Of a DNA stretch of 64,000 nucleotides, positions 55,086 to 64,000 are shown piece after piece. This DNA comes from Octopus sinensis (Eukaryota). Within the stretch, counting starts at the first letter, position 1. Each line of letters starts with the position of its first letter. The stretch covers positions 5,580,001 to 5,644,000 of the forward strand of contig NC_043015.1 of assembly GCF_006345805.1 (NCBI RefSeq). The letters run 5' to 3'. Both the position numbers and the translations under genes were made by a program. The notes below the pieces were generated by a model that was not told where the DNA came from, made no database searches, and saw only the letters and a list, made by a program, of their open reading frames with translations.

Positions 55086-56330
55086 CGAGGGGCGTTCAAT
55101 AAGTAATGCCTCTGACCCACTTGCAGTTGTTTGATCGAGCTGAAATTTTGCATGTGCACTTATTTATACCTCTCTAGATTAAGTGGCGAATTACAGCTCT
55201 GAACTAATTGTGGTTTTTGATTTACAGGTGTTTGAACTGAGTCAAGTGTGAAATGGAGCCTGTTGAGTGTCGAGCAGTGATCTGGTTTTTGTATTTGAAA
55301 GGACGCACACCACGGGAGACTTTTGATGAAATGAAAGTAACTTATGGTGATGATGCCCCATCATATGACCTTGTAAAACGCTGGCATTGTCGGAACATAG
55401 TCGGAACTCTGTGGAAACAGCTCCCAGATCTGGTCGCCCCCTTCTGCCGTTGATGAGACGCCTGTCCGTCAAATTGAGGCTGCCATTTTGGAAGGTCAAC
55501 GCATAACTATTCGCCAAATAGCCCATAAGGTCAAGATTAGTACCGGGTCTGTGGAAACTATCATTCATGACCATTTGCATATGCAAAAGGTGTCTGCCAG
55601 ATGGATTTCCAGGTTGCTCACACCTTTCCAGAAGCAAGAACGCGTTGAGTGCTCGAGGATGAATTTGGAGATGTGCCAAGAAGATGAGTCAAAATTGTTC
55701 AAAGACTGACCACACAGGATAAAAACTGGGTCCATCACTATGATCCATAGACCAAAGCCCAGTCAATGCATTGGAAGCACCATGACTCACCTCCTCCAAA
55801 GAAGGCAAGGGTGCAGCCCTCCGCTGACAAGGTTATGCTCACAGTCTTCTGGGACCAGGACGGAGTAGTGATGATAGATTTCCTGGCAAAGGGTACCACA
55901 ATTACAGGAGTCTATTATGCTTCACTTTTGAGGAAATTAACAGAAGCTATCAAAATCAAAAGGCGGGGCAAGATCAGCAAAGGCATCCTCCTCCTGCAGG
56001 ACAACGCTCCAGTCCACAACTCGCGTGTCGCCAGATCAGAAGCACAGGCTTTGCACCCTCTGATTTTCACCTCTTCCCAGCCATGAAGTTGATTTTGAAA
56101 GAAACGCGTTTCCCACATGATGCAGCCTTGATTTCTGAAGTCACGTCGTGGTTGGAGGACCGAGCTGGGGGTATTCTACAAAAACGGTCTCCAGAGCTGT
56201 ATCAAAGGATGGGAGAAATGCATAACTCTGGGTAGTTCCTATGTAGGAAAAGACTAATAACTGTGCCAAGTGTCGTTGCTCTACTGCTATGGGAAGTGGG
56301 TCAGGGGCATTACTTATTGAACGCCCCTCG
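55086..56330 (+). mobile_element. Mariner (Tc1/mariner) element, full-length, inactive
   Basis: 37-bp TIRs CGAGGGGCGTTCAATAAGTAATGCC(T/C)CTGACCCACTT with 1 mismatch; TA TSD at 55084-55085 and 56331-56332; length 1245 bp. Confidence 0.97.
55253..56257 (+). pseudogene. Mariner transposase pseudogene
   Basis: MEPVECRAVIWFL.., WISRLL (WVPREL), TQDKNWVHHYDP, KVMLTVFWD, LLQDNAPVH, LAPSDFHLFP. Frameshifts, stops and a deletion removing HPPYSPD. Confidence 0.92.
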
Positions 56331-58175
56331 TATAATATATTTAATGCAGTATCATACCTTGTATATTCTAAAATGTTTAAAGCATGGTGCTCTTGATTGT
56401 CTAATGAATTTAAATGAGAATATCATGACAATAATCAATCATTTATATGAATTTCATCTTATGCTGTATTCAAAAGTTCTAGTTCTTCAGATGTTTTTAT
56501 ATTTTATCGCTTTTTTAAGAAAGTTTTTGTCTCTCTCGCAACATCTTGAATTGAGAGGCAAAGAATCAATAACTGCTTATGCAAATGTTTCCTCGGGTTG
56601 ATAATATGAATGTGTAGAAATTGAATGATCGTGTGACGTCATCTAATATTCTTTATTTGACATATATCTTTATTTTCTTTTAGGTGTTTTATTGCTTATA
56701 ATGTTAAGACAATAGAATGACATACGGATTCGTATTATATTATATTTATCATATACTGTCATTTTGTAAGCAAGATAGACGAAATAGGAACCATAAGAAC
56801 AATGACTCTATCAGAGATTATTCTCTAAGAGAAGCTGGAGAGTGTAGAAAGTTTAGATAACATAGCAAGATACGTCGATGTACATTTTGCACGTGTCAAT
56901 TTGGTAAAATTTTAAGCTCGTCCTATCAAGTTATTCCAGACAAATATTACGGGATGTTTCCTCCTTTTCATAAGTCTCAGAAATATAGGCTAAACATTGC
57001 AGCCGAATTCGTTCCTTCTTATGTAATTTAAGTATCGTCTGTCTCGGAATAAATATCTATATTGTCTTTCTCATAAGTAAAGCAGTAGAGTGAAATTTGG
57101 AGATTTATGTAGTTATTATGTCCAGCTAGCCCCAAAACGGGTAGAGGCTCCCAATTGAGAATATGATGCTCGATACTAGCTGGTATTCAGGGTGATACGA
57201 ACTTGACCGTTTGCAACTTAGAGAGCGTAAAGACAATATTGCTTTTTATTCCTCAGCCTCACTACAGTTCTAATTCAGCAGACCTATGATATAATGCATG
57301 TCAACTGATGTCAAGATTAAACTGAAGCATATGTGTGCTGTACAACGTCGGAGCGTAATTTGAACGGGATTTATTAGTTATTTCTAGCAGGCTGAGAAAC
57401 CATCTAGAAGGTCACCCATCTGTTTCATATATACTTTGGCTCTCATTTTCTTTTGTACCTTCCTCACTGTTCTTAGCATTCGTAAAGGTAACAGAATCAG
57501 TCTTTCTATTTCTTGTTTACAGTGCATTTTATTATATCACACCAAAATGATTTTTTTCCTCTTGTTTTTCAATTCTAACCACTTGTGTACTGATTTATCG
57601 GAGGTACATTAAATTCTCTGACATGTTTATGCTTGCGGCGTTATTTCCATTTTCATAACAGTGTTCTCTAATTCTACGTTAGACTTTAAGTGTCTACATC
57701 AGGCTTTACACACCCTACACATTCATATATAATGCAAAACAATCTTAAATATTTCCAAACGCGATATGGATTTTTGAGTCTCTAATTCTCCGCGGTATTT
57801 TCCAATCAGTTCGTTGACAGGAGATTGTTCTCCAATAAACAATAACTGGAGAAAAAAAATCACTTTCAAATTGTAACTTTTATAATTTTTATTATTATTT
57901 TTTCAAAAAATGCATAAAGATAAATGAATTTATTAACTCTCCCGAAATGTGACCATCGTTAAAGCTCACGCCGATTTATACTGCAAACTAAGTAATAAGG
58001 CGTTCAATGTCTTAATAATATTCACCTTGAAACAACGAAATTATACAGTGTTCAAAAGTATTATTGAAAAATTGTGCTCGCGTTTAGCTTGAGGTCACAG
58101 CAGTCTCAGCTGACTTTAAGATTAACATCATTCGGTTCCTAAATATATATACAATGGCATATATTTCTAGTTCCT

Positions 58176-58259
<84 letters not shown>

Positions 58260-58351
58260 TGTTTCTTTACTGGCCACAAAAAGCTGAACACAAAGGGGAC
58301 AAAATACGAACTAGGAGTATATAGAATATGAACTATTTGTTCGAACGACCG

Positions 58352-58390
<39 letters not shown>

Positions 58391-58564
58391 GGTCGTTCTT
58401 TCTGTTGTTTGTCCTGTTTCCCATTTGTGTCTTTTCTTGAGAACACATTCTTCGTGGAAAATAGCGATTTTGACGTCTATATCTAGCATATTGACTGTCC
58501 ACTTTTAGTGGTCAGTCCTTTAAATTTTGTATATATATATATATACACACACATAAACTTGTTG

Positions 58565-58830
58565 CACTCATTTGACGGCTGCCGTGTTGGAGCTCCAGCC
58601 TTGGAGGGTTTTAGACGAACAAATCAACCCCAGGTCTTATTTGTTGCTCTTTTGCCGGTCCGCTGGGTTACGGAGACGTAAACACAGTAGCACCGGTTGT
58701 CGATCGGGGAGGGGAACACACACATACAAAAAGACACACACACGTGTATGCCCACGTATATACACTCATACTAACATAGTCTCACACATAGTATACCATG
58801 CACTGTGTGAAATTGAACCCGGGATATACA
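58565..58830 (-). mobile_element. SINE-A, strongly degenerate
   Basis: ATTTGACGGCTGCCGTGTTGGAGC..GGGTTACGGAGACGTAAACAC.. Confidence 0.6.
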
Positions 58831-58915
58831 TATACGCACACACATAGACGCGCTCGGACACACACACACATACACACACACACATATACATACATATATA
58901 TTGCACCACAAACTT

Positions 58916-58988
58916 CAGTTTGTGATGCAATGAATAAAACGTCTGGCTACGGATCAGAAGATTCCATGTTCGAATCCTGGCAAGCTAC
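58916..58988 (+). tRNA. tRNA-Arg(ACG) pseudogene
   Basis: CAGTTTG TG ATGCAATGAATAAAACG TCTGG CT ACG GA TCAGA AGATT CCATG TTCGAAT CCTGG CAAGCTA C aligns to the conserved metazoan tRNA-Arg-ACG. Anticodon at 58949-58951. D-arm, one T-stem pair and pair 1:72 are broken. Confidence 0.85.
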
Positions 58989-58999
58989 TTACCACACAG

Positions 59000-59165
59000 T
59001 GGCTGTGTGGTAAGTAGCTTGCTTCCCAACCACATGGTTCCGGGTTCAGTCCCACTACGTGACACATTGGGCAAGTGTCTTCTACTATAGCCTCGGGCCC
59101 ACCAAACCCTTATTACTAGATTTGGTAGACAGAAACTGTCTACACAAAAGAAGCCCGTCGTATAT
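59000..59165 (+). mobile_element. SINE-A 5' half, with its first 20 nt duplicated in inverted orientation upstream
   Basis: 58980-58999 is the perfect reverse complement of 59003-59022. Confidence 0.9.
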
Positions 59166-59331
59166 ATGAATATATGTATGTATGTATGTCCTACAAATTA
59201 ACCCCGTGCGAAACACCATAAACATAATCTAATATATATTTGTGTGTGTGTGTGTGTGTGCATACATACATACACACACATATATCCATATATGCAGCAT
59301 GCATATGTGTATGCATGCATATATGCATGTA

Positions 59332-59554
59332 TACTCTTTTACTTGTTTCATTCATATGACTGCGGCTATGCTGGAGCACCGCCTTTAGTCGACCATATCG
59401 ACCCCAGGGTCTATTCTCTTTTTTATCCTAGTACTTATTCTATCGGCTTCATTTGCCGAACCGCTAAGTTACTGGGACTTAAAGACACCAGCATCGGCTG
59501 TCAGACGATGCTTGGGGGACAAACACTGACACACAAGCATACACACACACACAC

Positions 59555-59616
<62 letters not shown>

Positions 59617-59768
59617 TACAACGGGCTTCTCTCAGTTTCCGTCTACCAAATCCACTCACAAGGCTTTCATAGTAGAAGGCATTTGCCCAAGGTGCCACGC
59701 TGTGGGACTGAATCCGGAACCATATGGTTGGTAAGCAAGCTACTTACCACACAGCCACTCCTACGCCT
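59332..59768 (-). mobile_element. SINE-A, full length
   Basis: Head at 59768, tail at 59332. Confidence 0.92.
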
Positions 59769-60259
59769 GTACTTACCACGCAGCCTATATATGTATGCAT
59801 ACGTGTGTATGTATATATGTATGTTTATATCCATGTGTGTATGTACGTGTGCATAAATACATGTATATAAACATACATACACACAGGTGCGTGTATATGC
59901 ATGTCTGAATGTGTTGTCATCTTTATGAACTAAGTACTGTTGTCACTGGATGGAAGACATTAGGACACGTAATTGAAACTATGCTGAATTGAGTTCTAAG
60001 ACTACACTCTATCCTACTACAGAAAGTATCGGAGACTGAAATAAAAAAAAAAAACATTGCATCGTGTATTTTAGTCCATAAACTTACTCATTATAATCGT
60101 GCATATAAAAATAGAACAACGGATATTTTTGTGGAGACTATAGTAAATACAAATCGGTTATGAAAAGTATAAATAATTTCTTTTGAAAAACACCAATGAA
60201 AATTATCTTTCCCAATACAGCCCCATTAGAAATTGCGAAAATATATATGTGTGTATGTG

Positions 60260-60299
<40 letters not shown>

Positions 60300-60595
60300 C
60301 ATATTTATTAATTTGTTTATATAATTTCTAATTATATATATATCTATTTATATATATTAATATATGGATATATGTATATATATATACATATGTATATAGA
60401 GAAAGAGAGGGGGGAAGAAACAGACAGACAGGCAGAAAGACATATGTATAGAGATAGGTAGATAGATATATCCATATATATTTATTCATTTATTTATATA
60501 ATTTACAATTATAAATATTTATGTATGTGTGTATATATATATATATAAATGTATGGCTATATGTATGTACGTTAATGTATATATATGTATAATAT

Positions 60596-60640
<45 letters not shown>

Positions 60641-61109
60641 TATATATATATATATACATATAGACATATATATATACTTATATATACAACCATACATACA
60701 GATTTCAGAAACTAGAGTCATATATGTTTCTTGATAAGCATGCATGCGTATACCTATAGATTTGTATATATATTTACATATATTTTGCATTTTTTCTGTA
60801 TATATATATATATATATATATTCATATACATATGTTTATTCATATATAATTGAAGTATATATATATGTGTGTGTATGTGTGTGTATGTGTGTGTGTTTGT
60901 CTGTCTGTAGGGATGTATGCATATTGAAATATACGTACGGAGAGAGGGGGAGTAAGTGAGAAATAGACAGACATACTGATAAAGACACATAGACAGAAAA
61001 GCACGCAGGTGGCCCTAGCAATCAGACACATACGTACGTGATTAAGTGTAAACGTGTAGTTGAGTTTATATATGTACCTGTAACAGATTTTGCGTTTCTA
61101 TATATATTT

Positions 61110-61300
61110 TGATCGTTTGTATGAAGAAGAAAATTGCTAAAATCTCTCTTTGGTCTGGCCGCGAATAGAACACTGCTGAGCTACAGTACAGATGTTTGTA
61201 CCTCCCTATAACGTTCGAACAATAGAAAGCAATATCAGAATTTTTAACATTATGAAATGCAGTAAAATTACCCCAAATCATACTACCTCCGGAGTAAAAC
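61110..61300 (-). pseudogene. Possible Tc1-family transposase remnant
   Basis: GGSMIWGNF resembles GGSVM.WG.F; downstream QQCSIRGQTKERF resembles QQDNA.IH...TK.WF. Confidence 0.3.
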
Positions 61301-62325
61301 GTGACGATGTTCCAGGAAAATAGAATGGATAAAATTGAAATCAATTCAAACACTTGTCAACAAAACTATATTATCAAGTAACAGGAAATATTACTTCCTA
61401 AATTATCTTGAACCAAAGAGAAGCGAAATCCAAGTAGTATTACGTGCCTATTTAGCATCGAAGTCAAAAGTATGGTTTGAGATGCTTTCAATTTTATTAG
61501 AAATATATTCACCCTTGTACAAAATCGCTTGCACGTAAAGAAACAACGAAGAATCTAATTATAAAACAGCTTTGAATCTAAAACGAAAACGCAGTAAGGT
61601 GAATGAAAGTAAGTTTTCCATGGATTGATGTGTTAATAATCTAGGGAGAGGTTCTTATATTCTATAGATTTTGGAAATTTATTCCATGTGGGTATACGAA
61701 AGCCTGTCTTTAATATAATATCTAAAACTGATTTTTATTCAACACGCAGTAAATAAATATAACATTGGCTTCTTCTTAAACGCAATTTTCGTCAAGATTC
61801 TATTTGCATTGCATTTTTTATTTCTTACACGAAAATCGAAAGACTCAATATTGATTTCTATTACAAGCACAATACCAAATATTTTGGGGGAAAGGGAATA
61901 TATTAACCCTGTAGATCGATATTTGTGTTTCCTTGCTAAGGAATTTATCTATCTTGGGAGGAATTTACCTATTCTGGGAGGAATTATTAATTCGAAAACA
62001 TTTGAACTATATCTAAATATTCTATATTTAATGTAATATAAAACTATACCTCTGTTACCGTGTGTATATCACAGTAATTGTTTTACTGACTTGTGCTAGC
62101 AAGCGCTTGGCAGCAAACAGTATTTTAAAATGGAGGACACAACAATGATATTCAAAGACAGTCACGAAAGTCAACATTCTATAGTTTTAGCATATGTCAA
62201 CACAATCTGGATTACATTGGACAAATAGCATGATGTTGATTCACAAAAGTAGATTGAATGACACATACATGGATATATATTCGCTTATATCTATGCTCAT
62301 AAGTACACTATGAATGTATATGCTG

Positions 62326-62623
62326 AGACCCCTTTCGGTCATGACTGACCATGGGATTGCACCTAAAAAGTTTCCCTCGCCGGCACAAGTCCGGGTAAGG
62401 TTGTTTATAGAAGTCCAGCAGTGTTATCCAAGGGAAAGACAAAGGGGCCGATACAGCTTGGCATCAGTGATGTCGCAACTAATTTCTACAGATGAGTGAA
62501 CTTGAGTAACGTGAAATAATGAGTCTTGCTCAAGAACACAACACCCACCTCGGTCTGGGATTCGAAATCACAACCTCATGATCGTAAGTTTGACGCTATA
62601 ACCACTGATCCATACGCCTTCAC
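62326..62623 (-). mobile_element. tRNA-derived CORE-like SINE
   Basis: Head GTGAAGGCGTATGG..AGTGGTTA..GATTTCGAATCCC; GTGTTCTTGAGCAAGAC core. Confidence 0.8.
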
Positions 62624-62651
62624 AATGTATGTATATACATATTAGATATTA

Positions 62652-62910
62652 TAGGTGCAATGGCCCAGTGGTTAGGTCAGCGGACTCGCGGTCGTAGAAT
62701 CGCGGTTTCGATTCCCAGGCCGGGTGTTGTGAGTGTTTATTGAGCGAAAACACCTAAAGGTCCACAAATTTCTCTCACTCTTTCTTCTGTTGGCCTGCTC
62801 GCTTAGCCAGCGGAGTGGCGTCATATGAAAGCCAAAACAATGCGAAGCGCATTGTGACCAGCGATATGTAACAACATCTGATAGCCTGGTCGGTCACGGT
62901 GATCACGGTG

Positions 62911-62913
<3 letters not shown>
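62652..62913 (+). mobile_element. tRNA-derived SINE with (ACGGTGAT)n tail
   Basis: TGGCCCAGTGGTTAGG box A, GTTTCGATTCC box B, tandem tail. Confidence 0.8.
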
Positions 62914-62964
<51 letters not shown>

Positions 62965-63033
62965 TAGATATATATTATCTCATAGAGATTTTATCCTCAT
63001 ATATAAATCAGTAATACATATCTACAAATATGT

Positions 63034-63115
<82 letters not shown>

Positions 63116-63118
<3 letters not shown>

Positions 63119-63368
63119 ACTCCGTCGGTTACGACGACGAGGGTTCCAATTGTTTCCATCGTAAAATTAGCGTGAAAGTGACTGAGCACTCGAAAAACAC
63201 GTATACCTTTGACGTAGTTCTCGGGGAGATTCGACGTGACACAGAATATGAAAAGGCTGAGTGGATCGGAGCGACATGAAATAAAGGGCCCAAGGATGCA
63301 ACGCGCTGTCAGGAATTACACTCAAACCTTATGGTCGTGGGCCGATTACCCTAACTACGAAGCCACAT
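63116..63368 (-). mobile_element. CORE-like SINE, internally deleted
   Basis: Degenerate tRNA head near 63368; CCACTCAGCC core junction; tail ..CGTCGTAACCGACGGAGTGGCA. Confidence 0.6.
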
Positions 63369-63604
63369 TTACACACACGCACACACACACTCACACACAC
63401 ACACGCATACACTCACACACACAGGTATACACACTCACACAAACATTCGCATATACACACGCACTCACACACACACTCACACTTTTATACATATATATTT
63501 TTGTTTCTTTCTTCGTTTCTTGTTTTCTATGCATCTCTGTATGTATTTATGTACGTATATATGTATGTATGTAGGTGGGTAGGTAGGTAGGTAGGTATTA
63601 TTTT

Positions 63605-63980
63605 ATTCTCCTATTCTTTTACTTGTTTCAGTCATTTGACTACAGTCATGTTCGAGCAGGGCCTTTAGTCGAGCACATTGACCCCAGGACTTATTTTTGT
63701 TAATCTAGTACTTATCCTATCGGGGTATTTTGCCGAATCGCTAAGTTACGGAGGTGCAAATGCACCAGCATCGGTTATCAAGCGATGTTGGGAGACAAAT
63801 ACAGACACACAAACGTTTACACACACATACATATGTATATTCATATATAGATAGATAGACAGATAGATATGTATGAGTATATTCGACGGGCTTCTTTCAG
63901 TTTCCGTCTATCAAATCCACTCGTAAGGCTTTAGTCGGAGAAGAAACTTGCTGAAAGTGCCAAGCAGTGGGACTGAGAAC
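63605..63980 (-). mobile_element. SINE-A, degenerate
   Basis: Tail, both modules and a truncated head. Confidence 0.85.
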
Positions 63981-64000
63981 CTAGGTTCGAAATTTCTCCA

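Overview
AT-rich, repeat-dense eukaryotic non-coding DNA. The SINE families, the dense TA/CA/GATA microsatellites and the transposon mix suggest an Octopus-type (coleoid cephalopod) genome; this is an inference and was not checked by search. I found no intact protein-coding gene, and nearly all supplied ORFs are microsatellite or SINE read-through. Content: about 18 copies or fragments of a bipartite tRNA-derived SINE (SINE-A), about 20 of a second SINE with a Meta-domain-like core (SINE-B), four CORE-like SINEs, two dead mariner elements, Helitron-type non-autonomous elements, and decayed LINE and Penelope-like (PLE) remnants including two GIY-YIG fragments. Two observations stand out. (1) Several minimal type-I hammerhead-ribozyme folds from at least three unrelated sequence families, one inside a palindromic fold-back element with a candidate TSD. 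(2) A tRNA-Arg(ACG) pseudogene fused, through a 7-nt microhomology, to a perfect hairpin duplication of a SINE 5' end.
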